Below are positions 20,982 through 31,182 of a stretch of 64,000 nucleotides of DNA, piece after piece. How positions within the stretch are numbered: position 1 is the stretch's first letter; the number at the start of each line of letters is the position of its first letter. The translations under genes were made by a program, and so were the position numbers. This stretch comes from an uncultured bacterium (GTDB taxonomy: Bacteria > Fidelibacterota > UBA2242). Location of the stretch: assembly GCA_964441235.1 (NCBI GenBank), contig CAYTUQ010000004.1:6269-70268 (forward strand). The letters run 5' to 3'. Below the pieces are notes generated by a model that searched no databases, was not told the DNA's origin, and worked only from the letters and a program-made list of their open reading frames with translations.

Positions 20982-22101
20982 GTTTTTCTACAAATTTCAT
21001 TATTTCGTTAATGATTAATTTAGCAGAGTCAGGATTTGCCAGAGCAGAAACTTTTTCTGACATTTCCAATAACTGTTTATTATTATTTATCAGTGATGTT
21101 AGAGTATTTTCAAGTAAGTCTGATTGAAGTTCCTTCTGAAGTATTACAATAGCTGCGCCTTCTTTTTCCAGAATACGTGCGTTTATTTCTTGATGATTAC
21201 CAGCAGCAGTAGGAAGAGGAATTAGAATGGAAGGCTTTTTATAAAGACTTAATTCAGCTAGTGTCAAAGCGCCAGAACGGCTGATAACAATATCGGCAGC
21301 TGAGTAAGCAATGCCCATTTCATGGATGAAAGGCGTTATATGAGTCAAGGGATTATCTCCAAATAAGGTCTTGATATTTTCATAATCTCTTTGACCGGTT
21401 TGCCAGATGAACTGGCAATCTCTTCTTTTAAGGAAAGACTCAAGGTGTTCAATCCAGTAATAATTAATTGCATGTGAACCCTGACTGCCACCGAAAATAA
21501 ATACGGTTGTTAATCCTGGATTGAGGTCAAAGAATTGAAGTGCCTGAGTTTTATCTGTTGTCTTGAGTGAAAGCCGAATAGGAATGCCATAACAAATTGT
21601 GTTATCTATATAATTTTTGGTATTTTCAAAAGATACATATATTTTTTCAGCATGTTTTGCTAATAATCTGGTAGTTACTCCGGGAAATACATTTTGTTCA
21701 TGGATAAAAAAAGGGATTTTCATTAGTGAAGCTACGTAAATGGGAGGACCTGAGGTATAACCACCAGTTCCTATTGCGATTTGCGGCTTAAAACTTTTTA
21801 AGATTATTAGTGACTGGAAAAAACTTACAATTAATTTTAAAGGGAATAATAAATTCGTCAAAATGTCATGAATAGATAAACCTCGTTGAAAACCTCTAAT
21901 CCATATTGTACGGAACCGATAATCTGAATTTGCTAAGATTTTAGATTCTAAACCTCGTTTAGTACCGATAAAAAGAATTTCGACTGATCCTATATTTTTA
22001 AACTTGGATTTCAGTTCTTCAATTAGAGCTATAGCAGGGAATAGGTGTCCCCCTGTGCCACCGCCAGTAAAAAGTACTCTTAATGAAGATTCTTTATTCA
22101 T
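20965..22101 (-). CDS. murG: UDP-GlcNAc:undecaprenyl-PP-MurNAc-pentapeptide GlcNAc transferase MurG.
   Basis: GGTGGHLFPA N-terminal motif and a glycosyltransferase family 28 C-terminal domain. Confidence 0.9.
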   Translation of the reverse strand: MNKESSLRVLFTGGGTGGHLFPAIALIEELKSKFKNIGSVEILFIGTKRGLESKILANSDYRFRTIWIRGFQRGLSIHDILTNLLFPLKLIVSFFQSLIILKSFKPQIAIGTGGYTSGPPIYVASLMKIPFFIHEQNVFPGVTTRLLAKHAEKIYVSFENTKNYIDNTICYGIPIRLSLKTTDKTQALQFFDLNPGLTTVFIFGGSQGSHAINYYWIEHLESFLKRRDCQFIWQTGQRDYENIKTLFGDNPLTHITPFIHEMGIAYSAADIVISRSGALTLAELSLYKKPSILIPLPTAAGNHQEINARILEKEGAAIVILQKELQSDLLENTLTSLINNNKQLLEMSEKVSALANPDSAKLIINEIMKFVEKHVWEN

Positions 22102-22104
22102 TAT

Positions 22105-23232
22105 CTATGACCAGTAAAAAGGTTGTTCCTTTAATTGAGGTTGCTTTGAGATGTTTAAGATAATGCCAGTGCATGCCAGATTATATATCATGGACGAACC
22201 TCCGTAGCTGAAGAAGGGAAGGGGAAGACCCGTAACTGGAAAAATTCCACATACTACTCCGATATTAATAATAACATATAGGAACATGCTTGTAGATACT
22301 CCGATTCCCAGCAGGTTTCCAAAAATATCCGGTGCTTTAAGAGAAATTTGAATTCCTCTGATGAAGATTAAAAGAAAAAGAATTAAAAGTATCGTAATAC
22401 CTATGAAACCTAATTCTTCTCCAGCAACTGAAAAAACAAAGTCAGTATGTGGGTCAGGTAAGAAAAGATTTTTTTCTACACTATCAGCAAGACCTCGTCC
22501 CCAGAAACCACCGTTGCCTAATGATATTAGTGATTGATGGATTTGATAACTGGCTCCCTGAAGGTCTTTTTCCGGACTAAATAGAGTTAAAATTCTGTTT
22601 AGTTTATATGGAGATCTAATAATCGCAATAACGGATGTTACAGTAATTAAACCAAGTAGGTAAGAAAGATGAAGTAGTTTTGTTCCACCAACTATTAATA
22701 GAGTTATTCCTAATATCGCAATTACAGCACCTGTACTGAAATCCGGTTCAATAATAACGAGTATTACAGTAATAAACATTACGACTGCAGGAGGGAGAAA
22801 TCCATTTTTAAAATCATGTAATTCTTTTTGGTGTCTGTCAAGAAATGATGAGAGATAGATAATGGTAGCAAATTTTGCAAATTCTGAAGGCTGAGCATTA
22901 AACGGTCCTACAGGCATCCAACGGGCAGTTGAGTGAGCATTAGAAAATTTATGGTAAATCAGAGAGATTGCTAAAAGGATTATTCCCAATAATGCTATCC
23001 AGAAAGCAATTGATTTAAGCCGCTGGTAGTTTACTCTCAGGAAAAATGTTCCAATAATTATTCCTGTGATAATTCTTATTAAATGCCCCCGCATGTAAAA
23101 ACCTGGATCATTAAATCTGGCTGCCGCGATAGCGGAGCTCGCACTGTACTGAATTACGAATCCGATACCGAGCAAGAGTATCGTCAAAATTAAGTATGGT
23201 TGATCTATTGTCTTGTTATACCTGCTGGTCAT
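22105..23232 (-). CDS. ftsW: Lipid II flippase / peptidoglycan polymerase FtsW (SEDS family).
   Basis: About 10 TM segments. SEDS motifs DFVFSVAGEELGF and PFFSYGGSS. Confidence 0.85.
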   Translation of the reverse strand: MTSRYNKTIDQPYLILTILLLGIGFVIQYSASSAIAAARFNDPGFYMRGHLIRIITGIIIGTFFLRVNYQRLKSIAFWIALLGIILLAISLIYHKFSNAHSTARWMPVGPFNAQPSEFAKFATIIYLSSFLDRHQKELHDFKNGFLPPAVVMFITVILVIIEPDFSTGAVIAILGITLLIVGGTKLLHLSYLLGLITVTSVIAIIRSPYKLNRILTLFSPEKDLQGASYQIHQSLISLGNGGFWGRGLADSVEKNLFLPDPHTDFVFSVAGEELGFIGITILLILFLLIFIRGIQISLKAPDIFGNLLGIGVSTSMFLYVIINIGVVCGIFPVTGLPLPFFSYGGSSMIYNLACTGIILNISKQPQLKEQPFYWS

Positions 23233-24635
23233 TTGATTTTTCCTTTAACAAGGGATAGAACTGTTTCTTTGAACACCTTTCCTCGATGCTCAAAGTTTTC
23301 AAACATATCAAAACTGGCACAGGCTGGTGAAAGGAGGGCAATTTCACCCGGATTAGAAAGCTTGTTCGCCAATATTGTAGCCTCTTCAAGTGAACGAGCA
23401 TAATGTAAAGGGATAATTCCATTAAGCACTTTGCGAATCTTTGGAGCTGATTCACCTATTAGTATTGCTTCCTTAGTGTGACTTTTAATAGCTGGGATCA
23501 ACAGGGAGAAATCTAAGTCTTTATCTTTTCCTCCCAGAATGATAATTACCGGTTTTTGGAAACTTTTTAAAGCGTATATAACGGAATCAACATTAGTAGC
23601 TTTGGAGTCATTGTAATAATCCACATCATTAATAGAAGTTATATATTCGAGACGGTGTTCAATTCCTTTAAAACGTTTTAAAACATTTCTAAGGTGATCA
23701 ATGTTTATTTTGAATTTTATTGCAACAGTAAGTGCAGCCAGTATATTATAAAGATTATGTTCACCAAGTGGCAAAATATCAGAGCGATCTATCACCAGAT
23801 GGGTCTCCGATAATTTTTGTCCATTATGAAGATAAATTGAATTGGCATCAGTATTGACAATATTTTGAGAATTAGAGTAAATACTGAAGGGGATATTTTG
23901 GCAGTTATCCGGTATATTCTGTGAAATCAGTGTATCATCACTGTTATAGATAAATAGATCATCTTTTTTCTGGTTTTTTGCTATTTTCATCTTTGCTGCA
24001 AAATATGATGGAATATCCTCGTATCTATCCATGTGGTCTCTTGAAATGTTGAGTATAATAGATGCTTTGGGACGGAAATGAACAATACGCTCCAATTGAA
24101 AGCTGCTGACTTCTAAAATAAATATTTTATTTTTAATGGATAATTCTTCTGTTTCAATGATTAACTTGCTAAATGGTATTCCTATGTTGCCGCCGCAGTA
24201 TGGCTCATATTGAGTGTTTTTAAACATTTCATATATGAGAGTGGTAGTAGTGGTTTTCCCATTGGAACCGGTTACGGCAATTATTTCGGAAGGCTTAGAG
24301 AACCAATACGCCATTTCCAGTTCGCTGACTATCGGGATTCCTGAAGATTCGAGCTTTGTTACGACAGGTGCAGTGTTTGGAATGCCTGGACTTATAATAA
24401 CAAGGTCTGCATTATTAACTTTAGAAGTATGACCTCCTAATTCTATTTCTATTCCGCTTGCTTCTAATTTTGATAATGTTTCTTTTGATAAAGCAATGTT
24501 TGCGTTATCAGATAACAAAACTTTTGCACCTTTATTTGCCAGAAGGAGGGAGGCACTAATTCCACTGCAGCCCGCACCGAGAACGGTTGCAGGTCTATTT
24601 TCAAGATTTTTTGGAATGCTATTCTGATTGATCAT
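23229..24635 (-). CDS. murD: UDP-N-acetylmuramoylalanine--D-glutamate ligase.
   Basis: Rossmann-like N-terminus (GAGCSGISA) and Mur ligase P-loop GSNGKTTTT. Confidence 0.9.
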   Translation of the reverse strand: MINQNSIPKNLENRPATVLGAGCSGISASLLLANKGAKVLLSDNANIALSKETLSKLEASGIEIELGGHTSKVNNADLVIISPGIPNTAPVVTKLESSGIPIVSELEMAYWFSKPSEIIAVTGSNGKTTTTTLIYEMFKNTQYEPYCGGNIGIPFSKLIIETEELSIKNKIFILEVSSFQLERIVHFRPKASIILNISRDHMDRYEDIPSYFAAKMKIAKNQKKDDLFIYNSDDTLISQNIPDNCQNIPFSIYSNSQNIVNTDANSIYLHNGQKLSETHLVIDRSDILPLGEHNLYNILAALTVAIKFKINIDHLRNVLKRFKGIEHRLEYITSINDVDYYNDSKATNVDSVIYALKSFQKPVIIILGGKDKDLDFSLLIPAIKSHTKEAILIGESAPKIRKVLNGIIPLHYARSLEEATILANKLSNPGEIALLSPACASFDMFENFEHRGKVFKETVLSLVKGKIK

Positions 24636-25735
24636 AATATTTTGAAACTGCTTAAGCCCAATAGTGTCAATAAAATTCCAATTATCCAGAAACGAACTAC
24701 AATTTTGCTTTCATTCCAGCCCTTTATTTCAAAGTGGTGATGTAGAGGTGCCATTAGAAAAACTCTTTTTCCTGTGCCGGTTCGCTTTTTTGTCCACTTA
24801 AAATATCCAATTTGTATTAAGACAGACGCAGCTTCAGCAACAAATACTCCTCCTAAAAGTATGAATAGAAGTTCTTTTTTTAATAAAATAGCCAGAGCAC
24901 CGAGCGCACCACCCATTGCTAAAGAACCTGTATCACCCATAAATACCTGAGCAGGCTTACTATTATACCACAAGAAACCAAGCATTGCTCCTGCAAAAGA
25001 TAGACAGTAGACAGTAAGTTCACCAGAACCTGAAAGGTATATGGTATTCAGGTAATCACTAAAATCAATACGACCCGTCACATATCCAATTACGGCAAAA
25101 GCCAATGCTATAATTCCCATAAGTCCAGCCGCCAATCCATCCAGACCATCAGTAAGATTTACAGCATTTGTTGTACCTGTTATGACTAAAATGACAAACG
25201 GGATATAAAACCATCCGAGATTTATTTCTGTATTTTTTAAAAATGGAATAGAAGTTGAGGAGTGAAGACCGGCAAATTCAGGTGAAAAGAAAATATAAGA
25301 TCCTATAATTAAACCCAGTGTTATTTGACCAACCAGCTTATATCTTGCAATGAGTCCTTTTTTGTATTTTTTTACAACTTTTAAATAATCATCAAGAAAG
25401 CCGATTCCACCCATCCAAATAGTTGTGATCAACATTATCTTAATATAAATGTTGGTTAGATCAGCCCATAGAAGTACTGGTATTAGAGCAGAAAAAAGGA
25501 TGATAATACCTCCCATAGTGGGAGTTCCTTTTTTAGATAGATGTGTTTTAGGGCCATTTTCACGGATTATTTCGCCGATCTGATATTTTTTCAGAAGTCT
25601 TATGATCCATGAACCAACAATAAAACTAATAATAAGAGCAGTAATGGCTGCCATTGCAGACCTAAAAGTGATATATTGGAAAAGATTAAAACCGGAAAAG
25701 GTGTTTTTTAAGGGATATATAATATGGTAAAACAA
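24632..25735 (-). CDS. mraY: Phospho-N-acetylmuramoyl-pentapeptide transferase MraY.
   Basis: Polytopic membrane protein with NAVNLTDGLDGLA and GDTGSLAMGG motifs. Confidence 0.9.
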   Translation of the reverse strand: MFYHIIYPLKNTFSGFNLFQYITFRSAMAAITALIISFIVGSWIIRLLKKYQIGEIIRENGPKTHLSKKGTPTMGGIIILFSALIPVLLWADLTNIYIKIMLITTIWMGGIGFLDDYLKVVKKYKKGLIARYKLVGQITLGLIIGSYIFFSPEFAGLHSSTSIPFLKNTEINLGWFYIPFVILVITGTTNAVNLTDGLDGLAAGLMGIIALAFAVIGYVTGRIDFSDYLNTIYLSGSGELTVYCLSFAGAMLGFLWYNSKPAQVFMGDTGSLAMGGALGALAILLKKELLFILLGGVFVAEAASVLIQIGYFKWTKKRTGTGKRVFLMAPLHHHFEIKGWNESKIVVRFWIIGILLTLLGLSSFKIL

Positions 25736-25874
25736 GACGCAACTCCTTTACGATTGAAAATTGTAAATATTAAAGTGAAAAGTACAAATTTTGTGATTGA
25801 TTTTCCGTGCGATTTACAGTAGTCAATTTCTAGTTTCACTTGTGGTATTTCTATATTGTAATTAGAGATACTAA

Positions 25875-26015
25875 GGGGGTGTGATAGAATAAAGTTTTCA
25901 TTCTCGGAGACCCATCTGGCAAATGAACTTAGAATAATACAAAAATCCATTTAATTTCTTCTTCCCAGAGGGATGTCTTCGACAAACCCCCTAAAGGTTA
26001 TATCATCACACCCCC
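25875..26015. mobile_element. MITE-like element, copy 1, with terminal inverted repeats GGGGGTGTGATAGAATAA / TTATATCATCACACCCCC.
   Basis: About 40 bp at the 5' end and about 21 bp at the 3' end are identical to the second copy at 52698-52866. The 18-bp TIRs are imperfect. It has no coding capacity. It sits in the mraY-murF intergenic gap. Confidence 0.65.
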
Positions 26016-26054
26016 TAAACAATTTTTTATCAATTTCTCTGGGATAATAATACA

Positions 26055-27416
26055 TCAGTTCTTTATTTCTTCAATTACTTCTTCCATGTGAGTTCTGTGA
26101 GAACCTTTAACTAAAAGAGTATCAGTGCTATTTATTTCACTCTTTATTGTTTTAATAAGTTCAATTTTGTCAGTGAAATGATATGCGTTTTTCATTCCTC
26201 GATGTTTTGCTTCTTTTATAGCTGCTATTGACAGTGGCCCAAAAGCATAAAAGATGTCAATTTCTAATTTGGCAACAGATTTGCCGACTTTAGCATGTGC
26301 TTCTTCTGTAGATTTCCCTAACTCGAGCATATCTCCAAAAACAAAAATACGCCTGCCTTCAACTTTTATTATTGATAATGTATGTAATGCAGCTATAGTT
26401 GAGTCAGGATTAGCGTTATATGTATCGTCTATAATTTTGCATGGAATTTGATTAGAAATAACAAAACGCTGATCAACTGCGGTAAAGTTTTCCAAAGTTT
26501 CTATAATTTCTAATTCTGAAATTCCGTAATATAATCCAACAGATATAGCAGCTAAAGCGTTAAGGGCAGGAACTTTTCCGGGGATTTTAAGCTGGATTCG
26601 GAACTTGTTATTAATTTCTAATAGAGGGCAACCTTCATTTGTGTAGGATATTATTTTACCGGCAATTTCTGCTTTAGATAAATTGAAGCCATATTTTAAT
26701 ATATTATCAGTGGTTGTCATCTTTTTAATAAACGGATCATCCATATTTACAAATGAAATGCCATCTTTAGGTAGTGATAGGAAAAGTTCTTCTTTTGCTT
26801 TAGCCACACCCTTCTGAGAACAAAAGAATTCAATGTGTCCGTATCCGATGTTGGTTATAAGACCTGCAGATGGTTTTGCTAATTCACACAGATATTTAAT
26901 CTCACCAAAGTTATTAGAGCCCATCTCAATGAGGCTAAAATTGTGATATTTATTAAGTTTTAAAAGTGTCAGTGGTAAACCAAGCTGATTGTTCAAATTC
27001 CCAGTTGTTGAATGAAGATTGAATTTTGTTTTGAGAATTGCTTCCGCCATTGCACGGGTTGTGGTTTTTCCATTTGTTCCGGTAATTGCGAGAATCGGGA
27101 GGATAAACTGTTTGCGCCATTCAGCAGCCATCATCTGAAGTGTTTTCTCTGGCGACCTGACTATCCAGAGCGGAGTAGATTCTATATCGTTTTCTTTAAC
27201 CCATTTTTCAGAAACTAAACAAAGGGCTGCGCCCTTATTTAGTGCATCTTTAACAAAGAGATGGCCGTCAACATTATCACCTTTTAAAGCGACAAAAAGG
27301 GTACCTTTTTCTACTTTTCTGCTGTCTATGCAAACATCTGTTATATTTGCATCAAAATTGACAAGTTTTCCATACTTAAGATTTCTTATGAAATTGGCAT
27401 TAATAAAATTTGCCAT
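26055..27416 (-). CDS. murF: UDP-MurNAc-tripeptide--D-Ala-D-Ala ligase MurF.
   Basis: P-loop GTNGKTTT, Mur ligase middle and C-terminal domains, and the usual position after murE. Confidence 0.85.
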   Translation of the reverse strand: MANFINANFIRNLKYGKLVNFDANITDVCIDSRKVEKGTLFVALKGDNVDGHLFVKDALNKGAALCLVSEKWVKENDIESTPLWIVRSPEKTLQMMAAEWRKQFILPILAITGTNGKTTTRAMAEAILKTKFNLHSTTGNLNNQLGLPLTLLKLNKYHNFSLIEMGSNNFGEIKYLCELAKPSAGLITNIGYGHIEFFCSQKGVAKAKEELFLSLPKDGISFVNMDDPFIKKMTTTDNILKYGFNLSKAEIAGKIISYTNEGCPLLEINNKFRIQLKIPGKVPALNALAAISVGLYYGISELEIIETLENFTAVDQRFVISNQIPCKIIDDTYNANPDSTIAALHTLSIIKVEGRRIFVFGDMLELGKSTEEAHAKVGKSVAKLEIDIFYAFGPLSIAAIKEAKHRGMKNAYHFTDKIELIKTIKSEINSTDTLLVKGSHRTHMEEVIEEIKN

Positions 27417-28946
27417 CTAAATATCCTCAACAATTTGGACTTCACTAAAAGGGTAGCGTTTTCCATTTATTTCCTGATATGTCTCATGTCCTTTCCCCAA
27501 AAGAGCAATTATGTCATTTTTAGAGGAATTATTTAATATCCATATTATGGCCTTTTTTCGACCATTAATGATTCTGTATGGCATACTTTTGGAAAAACCT
27601 TTTACTGCTTCTTGAATAATTTGTTTTGGATCTTCAAATCTGGGATTATCATCTGTAACAACTGCAAAATCAGCAAGTGACTCAACAGCTTTTGCCATCT
27701 TTGGGCGTTTTCCTTTATCACGATTGCCACCACATCCAAAAAGTGCGATTAATTTTCCCTCTTGTGGGACAATCTCTTTGAGTGTTTCAAGTACATTTTT
27801 AATTGCGTCTGGCGTATGAGCATAGTCAACAAAAATGCGTGGATATCCGGGTTTGGATATTTCTTGAAGGCGACCTGGGATAAATTCTATTTGTGAAAGT
27901 GCTTGAGATATCGTTTCAGGTTTTATTCCAAGATTGATAGCCACTGCCGCCGCCGCCAGAATATTTTTTAAATTGAATTCTCCGGAAAGAGGACAATCTA
28001 CTTTGATTTTTCCCCCAGGTGATAGGATAATTCCCTTTATTCCACTAACATACGAGACTTTAGAATTCCATATAAAATCAGCATTTTGGCTTATAGAAAA
28101 AGTTGAAACAGGTGCTGTTGCAACCTTAATAAATTTATCAGAGTAAGAGTCGTCAATATTACATACTAAAAACCCTTTCATTATAACTTTTTTGAATAAT
28201 TCAGTTTTTACTTCGGCATAATTTTCCATTGTTATGTGGAAGTCTAAATGATCTTGAGAGAGATTCGTAAAAACTCCGCCAGTAAATGTTATATCTTCAA
28301 CCCTTCTGAGTGCTAAAGCGTGGGAGGAAACTTCCATAACAACGGTTGAAATTGAATTTTCAAGCATTTTATATAGTATTTGCTGAAGTCTAAGGCTCTC
28401 TGGCGTTGTTAAATATCCGGAGAAGTTTTTGTCTCCTATACTGTATCCAAGAGTTCCAATAGTACCACGTGGAATATTTGCAGATTTAAAAATTTTATTT
28501 AAGAGGTAAACAACAGTGGTTTTTCCGTTGGTACCTGTTATTCCGACTATTTTCATCTTTTTAGAGGGATGATCATAATAATTGGCAGAAATGTGAGAAA
28601 GTGCAATCCTTGTGTTAGGAACTTTTATTTGTGGAATTGTCATGTCAGGCAAGAAATTCTCTACAACAGCAGCAGAGGCGCCGTTTGTTATTGCCAGTGG
28701 TATATACTTATGTCCGTTTTCTTTTTGTCCTCGAATTGCAAAGAAGAGAGAATCAGGTTCAACATTTTTAGAATTGAATGAAAGGGAAGAGATACTTTTC
28801 GGTAAATTACCATGTAACTGATAATTGATACCTTTTAATACTTCTTGCGTAGATTTAATCAATTGGTGACCCTGGAGGTTTAAGTTTAATGTAACATTGA
28901 GTATTTGATGTAATGAGAGAACCTCTACCTGGAGTTTGGGAAACAA
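27417..28946 (-). CDS. murE: UDP-MurNAc-L-Ala-D-Glu--2,6-diaminopimelate (or L-Lys) ligase MurE.
   Basis: P-loop GTNGKTT and a DNPR-type motif (DDNPRFEDP). The annotated start overlaps ftsI by 92 bp, so the true start is probably internal. Confidence 0.85.
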   Translation of the reverse strand: MFPKLQVEVLSLHQILNVTLNLNLQGHQLIKSTQEVLKGINYQLHGNLPKSISSLSFNSKNVEPDSLFFAIRGQKENGHKYIPLAITNGASAAVVENFLPDMTIPQIKVPNTRIALSHISANYYDHPSKKMKIVGITGTNGKTTVVYLLNKIFKSANIPRGTIGTLGYSIGDKNFSGYLTTPESLRLQQILYKMLENSISTVVMEVSSHALALRRVEDITFTGGVFTNLSQDHLDFHITMENYAEVKTELFKKVIMKGFLVCNIDDSYSDKFIKVATAPVSTFSISQNADFIWNSKVSYVSGIKGIILSPGGKIKVDCPLSGEFNLKNILAAAAVAINLGIKPETISQALSQIEFIPGRLQEISKPGYPRIFVDYAHTPDAIKNVLETLKEIVPQEGKLIALFGCGGNRDKGKRPKMAKAVESLADFAVVTDDNPRFEDPKQIIQEAVKGFSKSMPYRIINGRKKAIIWILNNSSKNDIIALLGKGHETYQEINGKRYPFSEVQIVEDI

Positions 28947-30858
28947 CTACTCCAGAACCTTCAATATCTATACTCATTCCCATACGTTGTAAAATGCCGA
29001 TTGCTTCACTTGTGGTTTTACCGTATAGATTAGGCATCCTGGAGGTGTACTGAACTGACGAAAGAAGGGATTTAGATTCTACAACTTTTCTTTTCCCAGG
29101 TGATTTTATTCTTGTCTTATCTATTTCACTGTTATAGGCAAATTTTGTAATCGGTTTTGGAATATTGTCATCTTTTAGAAAAATTTCGTCTGACTGATTA
29201 ACTATTCTTGTAAATATCTTTTTAAGAACTGGGGCAGAAACTTCACCTCCTGTGTGCCTTATTCCTTTCGGATTATCAATAACGATGACGCATAATAACT
29301 TTGGATTATTAACGGGGAAGAACCCAACAAAAGTTGCGATATAATCGGTCTGGCTGTAGCCGCTTTTTGTTACTTTTTGAGCTGTCCCTGTTTTACCGGC
29401 TATTGACATTCCAAGAATTTCCGCTTTTGTTCCAGTCCCACTCTCTACTGTTAAGCGAAGTAGGTCCCGCATTGTTGTCATTGTTTCAGCAGAAGCCACC
29501 CGTCTAATGAATTTGGTTTTTCCTTTATATAAAACAATTCCCTCTTTGGTTTGTATGGATTTTACAATTTGAGGTTTAAGTAGAAATCCACCATTGGCTA
29601 TTGCTGAATAGGCATAAGCTAACTGAAGTGCAGTACAACATAATCCATGTCCAATGGCAACCTGAGCAAGCATTAAATCGTTCCATTCTTTAAGGGGATG
29701 AACGATGCCATTTGCTTCTCCAGGAAACTGGATATACGTTTTTACACCAAATCCATACTTCCTGACATATTTAAAGACGTAATCTTTTCCGATTTTCTGA
29801 GCTACTTTGATTGTTCCCACATTGCTGCTATTTTTAATTACTTCTGAAAAAGAAAGGGTTTTGTATCTTTTATGATCATATATAACAGTCTTTCCGATTT
29901 TGACAAAACCCTTTTCACAATGTATGCTATCTTCTGGATGTATTTTTTTTTCCTCAAGTGCAGCCGTTGCAGTTACTATCTTAAATGTAGAACCGGGTTC
30001 AAAAATATCAGATGTTACACTATTATTTTGTGAAGAGACAGGGTAATTAAATGGTTTATTAGGATTAAAAGAAGGAGCAGATGCCATTGCAAGTATTTCG
30101 CCTGTTTTCGGGTCTATGATAATTCCCATCGCTTTATCAGCATTATGCTTATGAAATGCTAAATTTAACTCTTCATGTAGAATTGTTTGATATTCATGGT
30201 CAATTGTGAGAGTGACATCATTTCCATCAATTGTTTCCTTAAATGGAAGATCGGGACGATTATTTAATCTTCCCCATCCATCTTTCTGTATTATCTTCCA
30301 ACCGGGCTTTCCTGAAAGGTAAGGATCAAATTCTAGTTCAAGACCACTTATTCCACGATTATCTACGTCTGTAAAGCCTATCAACTGCCCACCTATTTCT
30401 CCAAATTGATACTGGCGATGTATAGTCCTGTCTATTGTTAGTCCAGGATAGTTTTTGTCTAGTAAAGTTTGTGTTTTATCTTTCGGGATATTTCGTTCCA
30501 ACCAGACAAAAGTTTTATCTGATTGAAGCACTTTTAAATATTTTTTAGTACTGTTATCAAGAGAGGAACTAAGTGCTTTTGCTAATGATAATTTGTTTTT
30601 GACAAGGTTTGGACGAGCTGAAAATGATATTTGTACTAAATCAATAGTTAGTGGTTTTTTATTCCTGTCGAATATCGTTCCACGCAAAGGTGCAATCACT
30701 TTTTTATAATCTGCTTGTCTTTTGCATTTTGCCTGATATTTTTGACCACTGATAACCTGGATGGAAAATAGCCTCAGTATAATAAAAATCCAGATGAGCG
30801 AAAGAAATCCTGTTAAAACAAATACTTTATTCCTGATTGATTTCACTGCGCTTGTCAT
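28855..30858 (-). CDS. ftsI: Peptidoglycan D,D-transpeptidase FtsI (PBP3) with a C-terminal PASTA domain.
   Basis: N-terminal TM segment. SxxK (STFK), SxN and KTG(T) transpeptidase motifs. PASTA-like C-terminus. Confidence 0.85.
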   Translation of the reverse strand: MTSAVKSIRNKVFVLTGFLSLIWIFIILRLFSIQVISGQKYQAKCKRQADYKKVIAPLRGTIFDRNKKPLTIDLVQISFSARPNLVKNKLSLAKALSSSLDNSTKKYLKVLQSDKTFVWLERNIPKDKTQTLLDKNYPGLTIDRTIHRQYQFGEIGGQLIGFTDVDNRGISGLELEFDPYLSGKPGWKIIQKDGWGRLNNRPDLPFKETIDGNDVTLTIDHEYQTILHEELNLAFHKHNADKAMGIIIDPKTGEILAMASAPSFNPNKPFNYPVSSQNNSVTSDIFEPGSTFKIVTATAALEEKKIHPEDSIHCEKGFVKIGKTVIYDHKRYKTLSFSEVIKNSSNVGTIKVAQKIGKDYVFKYVRKYGFGVKTYIQFPGEANGIVHPLKEWNDLMLAQVAIGHGLCCTALQLAYAYSAIANGGFLLKPQIVKSIQTKEGIVLYKGKTKFIRRVASAETMTTMRDLLRLTVESGTGTKAEILGMSIAGKTGTAQKVTKSGYSQTDYIATFVGFFPVNNPKLLCVIVIDNPKGIRHTGGEVSAPVLKKIFTRIVNQSDEIFLKDDNIPKPITKFAYNSEIDKTRIKSPGKRKVVESKSLLSSVQYTSRMPNLYGKTTSEAIGILQRMGMSIDIEGSGVVVSQTPGRGSLITSNTQCYIKLKPPGSPID

Positions 30859-31182
30859 TTAGTTAATTTTCATGGAATTTGGGTCAATAATTACTACAAG
30901 TGTTTCGGGAGCGGGAACCACCATATCTAGCTGGACTGAAGCAATCTTTTTAATTCGGTCAGATCGAGAGAGTTTATCTAATTCTACAGAAACAATTCTA
31001 TTTTGAGCTGCAAGGTTTGCTTCCTTACGTTGCAATTCTTCGATTTCTCGAAACATCATATTTGTATGATTATAAATCCAAATATAGAACACCATTAAGC
31101 CAATAATTGAAAGGAAAAGTATAAATAAAATTGCACTGGTTTTTCTTTTTTTTGAAATCCTTCTAATTTTTTCCCTCTTCAT
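30859..31182 (-). CDS. ftsL: Cell division protein FtsL-like.
   Basis: 107-aa bitopic protein with a coiled-coil region. Lies between rsmH and ftsI. Confidence 0.6.
   Translation of the reverse strand: MKREKIRRISKKRKTSAILFILFLSIIGLMVFYIWIYNHTNMMFREIEELQRKEANLAAQNRIVSVELDKLSRSDRIKKIASVQLDMVVPAPETLVVIIDPNSMKIN

Noticed and set aside
25708-25950. 80-aa ORF between mraY and murF.
   Set aside because: It runs from the MITE-like repeat into the mraY 3' end and has no plausible start context. It is spurious.
28855-28946. 92-bp overlap between ftsI and murE.
   Set aside because: It most likely reflects an over-extended murE start, with the true start at an internal or non-ATG codon. It is not a real long overlap.
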